DNA of 64,000 nucleotides from assembly GCA_046327745.1 (NCBI GenBank), contig JAXLXV010000030.1:8469-72468 (forward strand), written 5' to 3'. The stretch is from Gemmatimonadaceae bacterium. GTDB lineage: Bacteria > Gemmatimonadota > Gemmatimonadetes > Gemmatimonadales > Gemmatimonadaceae. A program made the position numbers and the translations under genes. A model generated the notes under the pieces. The model did not search any database, was not told where the DNA came from, and saw only the letters and a program-made list of their open reading frames with translations. Shown one piece after another: positions 7,810-19,892 of the stretch (positions are counted from its first letter, which is position 1; each line of letters begins with the position of its first letter).

Positions 7810-9324
7810 ATGAACAGCGTGGCCGACCAGACCAACGCTTCAGGGAGTCGTGCGGACTTTGTTCGTGCGCTCACGCTGACGGACGCGACTATGCTGGTCG
7901 CTGGATCGATGATCGGGTCAGGCATCTTCATTGTCGCAGCCGACATCGCGCGCACGCTGAATTCACCGCTCTGGTTGATTCTGGTGTGGGTAGGCACCGG
8001 ACTGATCACCTTGCTTGGTGCGCTGGCCTACGGGGAGTTGGCGGCGATGTATCCACGGGCCGGCGGCCAATATGTGTTCCTTCGCGAGTCGATGGGTCCT
8101 CTCGTTGGTTTTCTCTACGGGTGGACCCTTTTTCTTGTCATCCAGACCGGGACCATCGCCGCGGTTGCCGTCGCCTTCGGCCGATTCCTTGGCGTCTTCG
8201 TCCCGCAGCTCACACCCGAGCGCTTCACCTGGTTTCCGAGCGCTGATGTGTGCCTTCGTATGCTCGGCTGTACGGACGCCAGCAAGGCATTCCAATTCGG
8301 CCTCTCGCCACAGCGTGTCATGGCCTTGGTGTCGATCTGGGTGCTGACTGCGATCAATCTTCGTGGCATCAGTGAGGGCAAGTTCGTGCAGACCTTGCTC
8401 ACCATGGTGAAAGCGGCGTCGCTGGCCCTGCTTATAGTGTTGGGGCTGACGATTGGTCGGAATGCGACGGCCGTGGCGGCGAACTTTGGCGCCGGCCTGG
8501 TGGGCGCTCCGCCCGTGGGATCGGCGCTCGTATTAGCGGTGGGTGCAGCGATGGTGGGGTCTCTGTTTTCCAGCGACGCCTGGAACAACGTCACCTTCGC
8601 TGCGGCGGAGGTTCAAAATCCTCGCCGGAACCTGCCGTTGGCGCTTCTGCTTGGCACGGGGCTCGTCTCGCTGCTGTACGTCTTGGCCAACGTGGCGTAC
8701 TTGAACACGTTGCCGTTAGGCGGCGATCCGGCCGGCGCAACGGCCGTGGCACGGGGCATCACCCACGCCACGCAGGACCGTGTCGGAGTCGCCGCGGCCG
8801 AGGCCATGTTCGGGAGCGCGGGAAGTATCGCCATGACCGCTGCTATTCTCGTCTCCACCTTCGGGTGCAACAACGGCCTCATTCTGTCAGGGGCCCGTGT
8901 CTATTTTGCGATGGCGCGCGATGGGTTGTTCTTCCAGCGCGCCGGAGCACTCAATGCGCAACGCGTTCCGGCGTATGCCCTGGTGGTGCAGTCGTTGTGG
9001 ACCTCCCTGTTGTGCCTGTCGGGGACGTATGGGCAACTGCTGGATTACGTGATCTTCGCCGCGCTGGTGTTCTACGTACTCACGACCATCGGGCTCTTTG
9101 TGTTGCGCCGGAAGGCGCCGGAGATGGAGCGCCCGTATCGCGCGGTGGGATATCCGGTCTTGCCCGGCGTGTACATCGCCTTGGCGTCGACCGTCGCGGT
9201 GATTCTGCTACTGGCCGAAAAGACTAGGGCGCAGGCCGTGTCGGGCCTGCTGCTCGTTTTGATTGGCGTTCCTGTGTTTTACCTATGGCGGGCCTCGAGT
9301 GAGGCGCGCCCGTTGGCCGCATGA
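7810..9324 (+). CDS. amino acid permease (APC superfamily)
   Basis: The 504-aa polytopic membrane protein has the APC-type N-terminus LTLTDATMLVAGSMIGSGIF. Confidence 0.85.
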   Translation: MNSVADQTNASGSRADFVRALTLTDATMLVAGSMIGSGIFIVAADIARTLNSPLWLILVWVGTGLITLLGALAYGELAAMYPRAGGQYVFLRESMGPLVGFLYGWTLFLVIQTGTIAAVAVAFGRFLGVFVPQLTPERFTWFPSADVCLRMLGCTDASKAFQFGLSPQRVMALVSIWVLTAINLRGISEGKFVQTLLTMVKAASLALLIVLGLTIGRNATAVAANFGAGLVGAPPVGSALVLAVGAAMVGSLFSSDAWNNVTFAAAEVQNPRRNLPLALLLGTGLVSLLYVLANVAYLNTLPLGGDPAGATAVARGITHATQDRVGVAAAEAMFGSAGSIAMTAAILVSTFGCNNGLILSGARVYFAMARDGLFFQRAGALNAQRVPAYALVVQSLWTSLLCLSGTYGQLLDYVIFAALVFYVLTTIGLFVLRRKAPEMERPYRAVGYPVLPGVYIALASTVAVILLLAEKTRAQAVSGLLLVLIGVPVFYLWRASSEARPLAA

Positions 9325-9424
9325 TCGGTGCGGCAACGCTCAGCAGCGGTGGAGGGATCACGCCCGCCCGCCGCGATTTCGACGGACATCCGTCACTAGT
9401 TAGTCACTAAGGAGATCGCGAACG

Positions 9425-11938
<2,514 letters not shown>

Positions 11939-11965
11939 CACTGGCGTGCGGTGAGGAGACTGGAA

Positions 11966-12008
11966 TCGGGGATCGAGGCAAGGGTTGATCGATCCCCGAC
12001 TGTTTTCT
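11966..12008 (+). terminator. rho-independent terminator after hppA
   Basis: TCGGGGATCGA (11966-11976) pairs with TCGATCCCCGA (11989-11999) in a perfect 11-bp stem, followed by CTGTTTTCT. Confidence 0.6.
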
Positions 12009-12045
12009 GACCATACGCGCGTGAACTCCCCTAACCGGAACTCGC

Positions 12046-13584
12046 ATGTCGTTCATGGCCCGGAAGTCGGAAGCGGAATTGGAGTCGGACGTCACCCACA
12101 CGGGCGGCTTAAAACGTTCGCTGAACCGGTGGCACCTGACGGCGCTCGGTGTGGGTGCGACGATTGGCGCCGGGATCTTTGCCACCACCGGTACAGCGAT
12201 CGTTGGTGATGCGGCGCGACCAGGGGCCGGGCCTGCCATCATCTTCTCATTCCTCCTGACGGCAGTCGCCTGCGGGTTTGCCGCGCTCTGCTACGCCGAG
12301 TTTGCGGCGATGGTCCCGGTGGCGGGTTCGGCGTACACCTACGCGTACGCCTCGATCGGCGAGCTGGTTGCGTGGATCATTGGCTGGGACCTGATCGTGG
12401 AATACGCCGTCGGCAACATTGGCGTGGCCATCGGCTGGTCCGGCCACTTTCGAGAGTTGCTGACGCACTTTGGCGTTCAGATGCCTGCTTGGCTCGCCAC
12501 CGACTACCGCAGCGCGCACGACGCCTTCAATGCGGTTGCAACTGGCGTGAATGATGCCAGCACGCAGTATCTGGCGTCGGCCTGGAATACGGCGCCGCAT
12601 TTCATGGGCCTGCCGGTGATCGTGAACTTGCCGGCGGCCGCCGTCGTTTTCGTCATCACGATCGTGCTGGTCATTGGCGTGAAGGAGTCGGCCAACTTCA
12701 ACAATGGAATGGTGCTGCTGAAAATCGGCATCATCCTGTTCTTCTTGGCCATAGGGGTGTTCCTCATCAAGCCAGGAAATTGGTCCGATGCGTCGGCGGG
12801 AGGGTTCGCTCCAAACGGCTTTGCCGGCGTAAGTGCCGCTGCTGCGATCATCTTCTTCAGCTACATCGGATTTGATGCAGTGTCGACAGCCGCCGAGGAG
12901 GCACAGAATCCGGCGAAGGACATGCCCTTCGGCATCATCATGAGCTTGATCATCTGCACCGTGCTGTATATCGCACTGTCGGCGGTGATGACGGGCATGG
13001 CCCCCTGGAAGCAGTTAGGGACTCCCGAGCCGATGATCACGGCGCTGCAATACTCCAATGGTCCGCCAAAGCTGGTGGAGTTCTCCCGCTTCATCATTGC
13101 GTTAGGCGCCGTCGTGGCCATGGGAAGCGTCCTGCTGGTCTTCCAGCTGGGGCAGCCTCGGATCTTCTATTCGATGGCCCGCGACGGACTTCTTCCACCA
13201 GTCATGGCCAAGGTCCACCCGCGTTTCCGCACGCCCTATGTGGGTACGATCCTCACGGGAACATTCGTAGCAACGTTCGCCGCCTTCGCCAACATCGCCG
13301 AGGTCGTGGACCTCACGAATATCGGGACTCTGTTTGCTTTCGTCCTGGTCTCGGCTGGGGTGATCTTTCTCCGGCGCACCGACCCAGACCGCAAGCGACC
13401 ATTCCGAGTTCCCGGCGTGCCGTTCACGCCGGTGATTTCGATTGTCTCGTGCTTTTACCTGATGTGGCAGCTGCCGACGATCACCTGGATCCGGTTTGGC
13501 ATCTGGCTGGCGGTCGGCCTGGTGTTCTATTTCGTGTACGGGTATCGCCACTCTGTTCTGCGCCTGAAGACCACGAAGTCCTAA
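12046..13584 (+). CDS. amino acid permease (APC superfamily, cationic amino acid transporter-like)
   Basis: The 512-aa product has LTALGVGATIGAGIFATTG and about 12-14 predicted TM segments. Confidence 0.85.
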   Translation: MSFMARKSEAELESDVTHTGGLKRSLNRWHLTALGVGATIGAGIFATTGTAIVGDAARPGAGPAIIFSFLLTAVACGFAALCYAEFAAMVPVAGSAYTYAYASIGELVAWIIGWDLIVEYAVGNIGVAIGWSGHFRELLTHFGVQMPAWLATDYRSAHDAFNAVATGVNDASTQYLASAWNTAPHFMGLPVIVNLPAAAVVFVITIVLVIGVKESANFNNGMVLLKIGIILFFLAIGVFLIKPGNWSDASAGGFAPNGFAGVSAAAAIIFFSYIGFDAVSTAAEEAQNPAKDMPFGIIMSLIICTVLYIALSAVMTGMAPWKQLGTPEPMITALQYSNGPPKLVEFSRFIIALGAVVAMGSVLLVFQLGQPRIFYSMARDGLLPPVMAKVHPRFRTPYVGTILTGTFVATFAAFANIAEVVDLTNIGTLFAFVLVSAGVIFLRRTDPDRKRPFRVPGVPFTPVISIVSCFYLMWQLPTITWIRFGIWLAVGLVFYFVYGYRHSVLRLKTTKS

Positions 13585-13596
13585 CGAGAGATCCCC

Positions 13597-14913
13597 ATGA
13601 CCAGCACCGTCGCCGCCCCCTCCGGCGAATCGCGTCCATCCGGTTTGCGCCGCATCAGTGCGACGCAGTGGATCATCATTTCCATGCTCGTCGGCATCCT
13701 CCTCGGCTGGCTGTTCCCGGAGTCGGCCCGGGCGCAGCACGGCGGGTGGGCCGCGTCGGACCTCAAGGTCATCGCGACGATCTTCCTCCGGATGATCAAG
13801 TCGCTGATCGTACCACTGTTGTTTTCCACGCTGGTGGTCGGCATCGCGGGGCACGGGGATGACATGAAGAAGGTGGGTCGCCTCGCGTTCCGCTCCATCG
13901 TGTATTTCGAAGTGGTCACGACGTTGGCGCTGGCGGTTGGTCTCATGGCCGTGAACCTGACCAAGCCCGGCATCGGCATAGACCTTGGCGCCGCCACGTC
14001 CACCGAAGGCACCGAGTTCGCCGCCAAGAAGGCGACATTGTCGGGCGTCCTCGAGCACACCGTCCCGCAGAGCTTCTTTGAGGCGGCCGCGAACAACGAA
14101 GTCCTTCAGATCGTCTTCTTCGCCATCATCTTCGGCGTGGCGCTCTCCCGCGTGCAGGGGAAGAACAAGGAGTTCATGCTCACGGCGGTGGAGAGCCTGT
14201 CGGATGTGATGTTCAAGTTTGTGGCGATCGTGATGGCGTTTGCGCCGTTTGGTATCGGTGCCGCCATCGCGGTGACGGTTTCCAAGAGCGGGTTGGACGT
14301 GCTCAAGAACCTCGGCCTGCTCGTGGCTACACTCTACGGCGCCCTCATTGTCTTTGTGCTCGGCGTTCTCGTCCCAGTCATCCTGATCTTCAGGCTTCCG
14401 CTGGGCAAGTTCCTGCGCGCGGTGAAGGAGCCGTGGCTCATCGCCTTTTCCACCGCGTCGTCCGAGGCCGCGTTGCCACTGGCCATGCAGCGCATGGAGG
14501 CCTTTGGCGTTCCGCGTCGCATTGTGGCGTTTGTGTTGCCGACGGGATACTCGTTTAACCTGGATGGCAGCACGTTGTACCTGGCGTTGGCATCCGTGTT
14601 TGCCGCGCAGGCTTCGGGCATTGACATGCCGATTGGGACGCAGCTCTACATGATGCTGGTGCTCATGTTGACCAGCAAAGGCGTGGCTGCCGTCCCCCGC
14701 GCCTCTCTGGTGATCCTGTCCGGAGCGATTGCGATGTTCGGATTGCGACTTGAAGCCGTGGCCATCATCCTCGGCGTCGACGCGATCATGGATATGGCGC
14801 GGACGTCCGTGAACCTACTGGGGAATTGCCTGGCATCCGCCGCCATGGCCCGTTGGGAAGGCGAATTCCGCGACGATGCGCCGGAAGCCGCCGCGGGTCG
14901 TCAGGCCGCCTAA
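13597..14913 (+). CDS. dicarboxylate/amino acid:cation symporter (DAACS, GltP/DctA family)
   Basis: The 438-aa product has FSTASSEAALPLAMQ and GYSFNLDGSTLYLA motifs typical of the family. Confidence 0.9.
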   Translation: MTSTVAAPSGESRPSGLRRISATQWIIISMLVGILLGWLFPESARAQHGGWAASDLKVIATIFLRMIKSLIVPLLFSTLVVGIAGHGDDMKKVGRLAFRSIVYFEVVTTLALAVGLMAVNLTKPGIGIDLGAATSTEGTEFAAKKATLSGVLEHTVPQSFFEAAANNEVLQIVFFAIIFGVALSRVQGKNKEFMLTAVESLSDVMFKFVAIVMAFAPFGIGAAIAVTVSKSGLDVLKNLGLLVATLYGALIVFVLGVLVPVILIFRLPLGKFLRAVKEPWLIAFSTASSEAALPLAMQRMEAFGVPRRIVAFVLPTGYSFNLDGSTLYLALASVFAAQASGIDMPIGTQLYMMLVLMLTSKGVAAVPRASLVILSGAIAMFGLRLEAVAIILGVDAIMDMARTSVNLLGNCLASAAMARWEGEFRDDAPEAAAGRQAA

Positions 14914-14977
14914 GTCGGTCTCGCGTGAAGCACCCGACGGGCCAGCGCGGACGTCGGGTTGGCCGGGGGGCCGTGCC

Positions 14978-15910
14978 CTAGTGCGTCGGCGCGTCGGAGA
15001 AGCGCATCCCTCGCTTGATCGCTCCACGAACGGCGACGACGTCTTCCACGCGAAGTTGTGCGCCGGGCACCATCGACTTCAGCCGAGCCTCCAGGCGTTT
15101 GCGAACCAACGAGCCTTTCTGCGTGAGGCCGCCGGCCAAGGCAACGGGGACTGCGGCTCGCTCGTCCACAAACAGCTGCCGCGCGAGGGTCCGCACATGC
15201 AAGGCCAGCTCCTCGACGCCTAACGTCACAAGGGCGTTGGCGCGCAGGTCGCCACCCTTGGCGCATTCGAAGAGGGCGGGGACCAGTTGAGCGAATTGTG
15301 CCGGTGTGGCGTCTGAGGCCCACGGCACCAGCGAGTCCACCGACGGCGCGCCCGTCGCCGCGAGCACGGCAGCGGTGAGTGCAGTTTCTGGCTCGCGACC
15401 ATCAGACGCGGCGGCTACCACGCCAAGTACTCGGCGACCAAGCCAAGCGCCGCTGCCTTCGTCACCGATCACCGGTCCCCATCCGCCACAGCGGGCCAGC
15501 GCTCCGGCGGGACCGCGTCCAAAACAAATAGATCCTGTCCCAGCGATCAGCAATACGCCGGGACCTTCGCCAAACGCGTCTTCCAGTGCGACTTCGGCGT
15601 CCGTCACGACCAACACGTCGCCCGCAATCTCACGCGCGAGAAGTGCGGCGTGCAAGGCGCTGCGCTCTTCGTCACGACCCACGCCGGCCACACCAACGCA
15701 GGCGAGTCGCACGCGCGGGAGCTCCGAGGTTAGCGTGGCCTGCGCTTCCCTGATGACTCCGGCGATGACTTCCGCGGATCGCTCCACATCGCCCGGCCGC
15801 ACCGCACTGCCAGGCCCTTCGGCGGAAGCCAGTGTCGCTCCCGTTTCATCAGCAATGCTCACGCGGGTATGTGTACCACCGCCGTCAACTCCAACAATCA
15901 CTGAGCTCAC
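14978..15910 (-). CDS. BadF/BadG/BcrA/BcrD-type ATPase, N-acetylglucosamine kinase-like
   Basis: The GTG start at 15910 gives VSSVIVGVDGGGTHTRV... with LIAGTGSICFG and VIGDEGSGAWLG. GTGA overlaps the upstream transporter stop. The ORF-track N-terminal extension to 16303 overlaps the transporter gene and is rejected. Confidence 0.8.
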   Translation of the reverse strand: MSSVIVGVDGGGTHTRVSIADETGATLASAEGPGSAVRPGDVERSAEVIAGVIREAQATLTSELPRVRLACVGVAGVGRDEERSALHAALLAREIAGDVLVVTDAEVALEDAFGEGPGVLLIAGTGSICFGRGPAGALARCGGWGPVIGDEGSGAWLGRRVLGVVAAASDGREPETALTAAVLAATGAPSVDSLVPWASDATPAQFAQLVPALFECAKGGDLRANALVTLGVEELALHVRTLARQLFVDERAAVPVALAGGLTQKGSLVRKRLEARLKSMVPGAQLRVEDVVAVRGAIKRGMRFSDAPTH

Positions 15911-17451
15911 TGCTTGGCCTCCGCGTCCGAGGCTCGAGAGGATGGCGTGGCGGCAGGGAAAGGATGCGTAAGCGACGAAAGCATGCCAGTGGCGACGGTA
16001 AGGGTGGTTCCGATCAGGACGTACCAGGGCCAGGCGACACGTGCCAAGGGACCCAGTGCAGACGCGAGCGAAGGATATGCGGCTGACAGCTGTTTTGCGA
16101 ATACCACGAACGACATGGCCGCGATGCCGATGATCATGCCGGTCAGCGCATCGCGTTGCTGTGCGCGCGCCCAGAAATTCCCCAGAAAGAAAGTGCCCAG
16201 GAGTCCGCCATACGTGAACGACGCGATGCCGAGCGCCACCACGACCACGGGCGTTCCTTGCTCCTTGAATAACAGGGCGCCGGCCGTCAGGACCAAGCCC
16301 CAAAAGAGCGCGAAGCGTCGCCCCATCCTGAACGTCATCGGATCATCGACCGATCGACCCGTGAGCGGCAGGTAAATGTCGTGGGTGGTGGCCGCGGCCA
16401 GCGAGTTGATGGCGCCGGAGTGCGTGCTCATCGTGGCGGCGACAATGGCGGCGACCAAGAGCCCGGTGAGTCCGGCTGGCATGCGTTCGACGATGAACGT
16501 CGGAAAGATGGAATCGGGCGCACCCATGTTGCGCCCGCCGTAGAACGCATACAGCCCCATCCCCACCGTGAGGAACAACGTGAACTGGACGAACACCACC
16601 AGACCGCTGCCGACAATGGCGCGCTGGGCATCGCGCAGCGACCTGCACGAGAGCAGACGTTGCACAATGAGTTGATCTGCGCCATGCGAGGCCATGGCCA
16701 GGAAGGCACCGCCAATCAGTCCGGCCCACAAGGTGTGTGGCTTGTCAATCACCAGCGACGTGTCGATCACCTGCAGCTTTCCCTGCGCGCGTGCGACATC
16801 AAGGATGCCTTGCCACCCGCCGGGAACACTGCGGACCAGCAGAACGATCGCCGAGATGCCACCAAGCACATACACCGCCGCCTGCAACAACTCTGTCCAT
16901 ACCACCGCCCGCATGCCGCCCCGATAGGTATAAAGGATGGTCAGCGCACCCAGGACCAGGATGGCGACCGGCATGACGTACGTCCGCGGCAGGCTGGTGC
17001 CGAGGATAAGGGCGATCGGGATCGCGGTGGCGAACACGCGCACGGCATCTGCCAGTGCGCGCGTGATCATGAACACGATGGATGTGGCGCGCCGCGTCGC
17101 CAGCCCAAACCGACGCTCCAGCATGGCATACGCCGTCACGATTTCGCCCTGGAAGTATCGCGGCAGCAGGAGTGTGGCCACTCCGATGCGACCGAGGATG
17201 TAGCCGGCCACCACCTGGAGAAAGCCGAAATTCCCCATGTACGCGAGGCCAGGGATTGAAATGAACGTCAGGGCGCTCGTCTCAGTCGCGACGATGGAGA
17301 ACAGGACGGCCCACCAGGGAATCACGCGCCCGCCGACGAAATAGTCGGACGCGCCCTTCTGCCGCCGGCCAATCCACATCCCGAGCGCGGTAGTGCCAAC
17401 CAAGTACACGATCAGCACCAGCAAGTCCAGCCAACCGAAGCGAGTGTTCAA
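15907..17451 (-). CDS. sodium:solute symporter (SSS/SLC5 family)
   Basis: The 514-aa polytopic protein has an SSS-like N-terminus (DYFVGGRVIPWWAVLFSIVATETSALTFISIPG). Confidence 0.88.
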   Translation of the reverse strand: MNTRFGWLDLLVLIVYLVGTTALGMWIGRRQKGASDYFVGGRVIPWWAVLFSIVATETSALTFISIPGLAYMGNFGFLQVVAGYILGRIGVATLLLPRYFQGEIVTAYAMLERRFGLATRRATSIVFMITRALADAVRVFATAIPIALILGTSLPRTYVMPVAILVLGALTILYTYRGGMRAVVWTELLQAAVYVLGGISAIVLLVRSVPGGWQGILDVARAQGKLQVIDTSLVIDKPHTLWAGLIGGAFLAMASHGADQLIVQRLLSCRSLRDAQRAIVGSGLVVFVQFTLFLTVGMGLYAFYGGRNMGAPDSIFPTFIVERMPAGLTGLLVAAIVAATMSTHSGAINSLAAATTHDIYLPLTGRSVDDPMTFRMGRRFALFWGLVLTAGALLFKEQGTPVVVVALGIASFTYGGLLGTFFLGNFWARAQQRDALTGMIIGIAAMSFVVFAKQLSAAYPSLASALGPLARVAWPWYVLIGTTLTVATGMLSSLTHPFPAATPSSRASDAEAKQ

Positions 17452-17463
17452 GGCGTTAGGCCC

Positions 17464-19413
17464 TCACGCCACGACATACGCTTCCATGGCGAAGTACTCA
17501 GCGAGCCCCAGACGGTCCAGCGTCGCGGCCGTCTCCTTATTGCGAGATTCTACCCGCTGCCAGAACTCTCGCTCATCCTGGCCCGGGAACGGCGCGCTGT
17601 CCTTTTGCGATTGGTGCTTGAAAATCGCTTGGATCTTGTCGCGGAGCTCTTCCTGTGACAGCGGTACCAGCCACGTGGCGTCCGCCACCGACCATTCCTG
17701 CCACGCGCCGCGGTACAGCCAGACCTGAGGCAGATTGGTGGCGCCCGACTTCGACAGCTGGCTCAACGCCTCGTCGATCGCGTCCTTGCACATGCGATGC
17801 GTCCCGTGAGGGTCCGACAGGTCGCCGGCGACGAAGATGAGCGAAGGGTGCGCACGCTCCAGCAGTTCGCGCACGATCGTGACATCGGCAGTCCCGATGG
17901 GGTCTTTGCGGACCTTCCCCGTCTGGTAAAACGGCAGGTTCAGGAAGCGAGCCGCACCACTCGTTAGGCCGACGCTTTCCAAGCCGCTCACAGCCTCTGC
18001 CTCGCGAATCACTCGCTTCAGGTCCAGCACATCGCCGATGTCGACGTCGCCCGGCGATTTCGCTTGCAGGGCGGCGAGCACGCGGTCACGCAGCGCGCGC
18101 GCTTGGTCTTCGGCGAGCTTGCCTTCGCGCCCCAACCGAGCGATCACGTCTACATAGCGCCGGACGTCGTGGTCAAAGACCGCGATGTTCCCGCTAGTCA
18201 TGTAGGCCACGATGATCTCATTCTCGTTCTCGACCAGCTTGCGGAGAATGCCACCCATGGAGATCACGTCGTCATCTGGGTGCGGCGAAAAGCAAATGAT
18301 CCGCTCGCCCCGTGGAAGCTTGGAGCGGCCGCGGATCTTCGCGCCCAGCGCATTGAACACGCGACCGTTGATTGCGCCGGCCGTTCCGCCGCGCGCCAAC
18401 AGCGACGAGAGGCGGTGCTCGATGTAGTCTCCAGGTGTGAGCTTCAGGATCGCCTTGCTGGTGACCTGCGAGAGCCAGATCACGGCCCGCACGGTCATGT
18501 CGTCCGTCCAAGGCACCTCATGGACCAGCCACGGGGTGGCAACACGCGTCAGCGCCGCGGCGGCCGCTTCATCCACGTAAAACGTGGCGTGCGGGTGTCG
18601 CTGCAGAAACGTGGCGGCCACATCGCGATCCTGCTCACCTTCGACCGCCCGTCGCACAATCGCCGCCTTGTGTTCGCCGGTCGCGAGTATGGCGACTTCG
18701 CGAGCCTCAAGGATGGTTGCCACACCCATCGTGATCGCTTCGCGCGGGACGTTCTCTTCGCCAAAGAAATCGGCGCCCGCATCACGCCGCGTGACCAGGT
18801 CCAACGTGACCAGTCGCGTTCGCGTCTCGGCTCCAGATCCGGGCTCGTTGAAGCCGATGTGTCCAGTCTTTCCGATCCCCAAGAGCTGGAAGTCGATGCC
18901 GCCGGCGTCGCGAATCTGCTGCTCGTACTGCTCCGCAAAGTTCTCGACGTCTTCGCGCGCCAGATCGCCGTTTGGTACGTGGACATTGCCCGGCAAGATG
19001 TCGATCGCCGAGAACAGGTTCTCCCACATGAAACGATGGTAGGAGTGCAGGGAGTCCGGCGCCATCGGGAAGTACTCGTCCAGGTTGAAGCTGACGACGT
19101 GGCGGAACGAGAGTCCCTCTTCGCGATGCAAACGAACGAGTTCGCGATACACCCCGATTGGTGTGGACCCGGTGGCGAGTCCGAGCACACACGGCTGGCC
19201 CTGCGTCGCGCGCGCTCGCACTACCTCGGCAATGCGGCGGGCCACAACGCGCGCGATCGCGTCGTGGTCCGGGAGGATCTCGGTCGGGATGCGCTCATGA
19301 CTCCCGCTCGAAAGGGGCTGCAACGACGAAGGCCCGCGACCACCAGAGGGGTCGCGGGCCTTCATGCCGACGGCACTGGCGTCTGGAAACCCGCCAGAAG
19401 CCGCGTGCGTCAT
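17464..19413 (-). CDS. nagB: long-form glucosamine-6-phosphate deaminase (NagB domain fused to a C-terminal PIG-L/LmbE-type deacetylase domain)
   Basis: The NagB motifs are LGLATGSTPIGVY, FNLDEY and LLGIGKTGHIGFNEPGS. The C-terminal half has ICFSPHPDDDVISMGG (the PIG-L signature). The start is uncertain: ATG 19413 is used, ATG 19368 is possible, and the ORF-track start 19512 overlaps iscA. Confidence 0.85.
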   Translation of the reverse strand: MTHAASGGFPDASAVGMKARDPSGGRGPSSLQPLSSGSHERIPTEILPDHDAIARVVARRIAEVVRARATQGQPCVLGLATGSTPIGVYRELVRLHREEGLSFRHVVSFNLDEYFPMAPDSLHSYHRFMWENLFSAIDILPGNVHVPNGDLAREDVENFAEQYEQQIRDAGGIDFQLLGIGKTGHIGFNEPGSGAETRTRLVTLDLVTRRDAGADFFGEENVPREAITMGVATILEAREVAILATGEHKAAIVRRAVEGEQDRDVAATFLQRHPHATFYVDEAAAAALTRVATPWLVHEVPWTDDMTVRAVIWLSQVTSKAILKLTPGDYIEHRLSSLLARGGTAGAINGRVFNALGAKIRGRSKLPRGERIICFSPHPDDDVISMGGILRKLVENENEIIVAYMTSGNIAVFDHDVRRYVDVIARLGREGKLAEDQARALRDRVLAALQAKSPGDVDIGDVLDLKRVIREAEAVSGLESVGLTSGAARFLNLPFYQTGKVRKDPIGTADVTIVRELLERAHPSLIFVAGDLSDPHGTHRMCKDAIDEALSQLSKSGATNLPQVWLYRGAWQEWSVADATWLVPLSQEELRDKIQAIFKHQSQKDSAPFPGQDEREFWQRVESRNKETAATLDRLGLAEYFAMEAYVVA

Positions 19414-19417
19414 CGGA

Positions 19418-19774
19418 TCAGGCGGAGAACGACGAGCCGCAGCCGCAGCCGCCGGTGGCGTTCGGATTCTTGAAGGTGAATCCCGAGCCTTGCATGGACG
19501 AGACGTAGTCAATCGTGACGTTGTTCACGTACTGCGCCGAGAACGGATCCACAAACAGGCGGAATCCCTCGGATTGCACGATCAAATCGTCATCGGCGGG
19601 CTGGTCTTCGATCAGGAGCCCGTACTTGAAGCCGGAGCAGCCCCCGGGTTGAACGCTCACGCGAAGGCCGCCTACGTTGGCAGGAACGCCTTCCGCGTCC
19701 ATGAACTTCTTGACCTCGACGGCGGCGCCGGCGGTAACCGTTACGATGACTTCGGGTTGCTGAAGCGTGCTCAC
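19418..19774 (-). CDS. iron-sulfur cluster insertion protein (HesB/IscA/ErpA family)
   Basis: The 118-aa product has GGCSGFKY and a C-terminal GGCGCGSSF motif. A strong GAGGAGG Shine-Dalgarno sequence lies upstream on the minus strand. Confidence 0.9.
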   Translation of the reverse strand: MSTLQQPEVIVTVTAGAAVEVKKFMDAEGVPANVGGLRVSVQPGGCSGFKYGLLIEDQPADDDLIVQSEGFRLFVDPFSAQYVNNVTIDYVSSMQGSGFTFKNPNATGGCGCGSSFSA

Positions 19775-19892
19775 GGAATCCTCCTCAAAGTGTCGCCAAG
19801 GGCGACTAGTCTACTTCCAAAATAGTCACTCCCACGTGCCCCTTCAAGAAAGGGTCGGCGTGGGTTCCTTAGAGTCTTCCAGTCTGGTCAGA

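Noticed and set aside
18064-19473. 469-aa plus-strand ORF opposite the NagB-PIG-L gene
   Set aside because: It is antisense to a well-supported gene, Arg-rich and motif-free. It is a shadow ORF. The same reasoning applies to 13102..14058(-), 22494..23483(-), 28386..29168(-), 43809..44723(-), 52519..53478(-), 58245..59156(-), 59592..60554(-) and 61968..62906(-).
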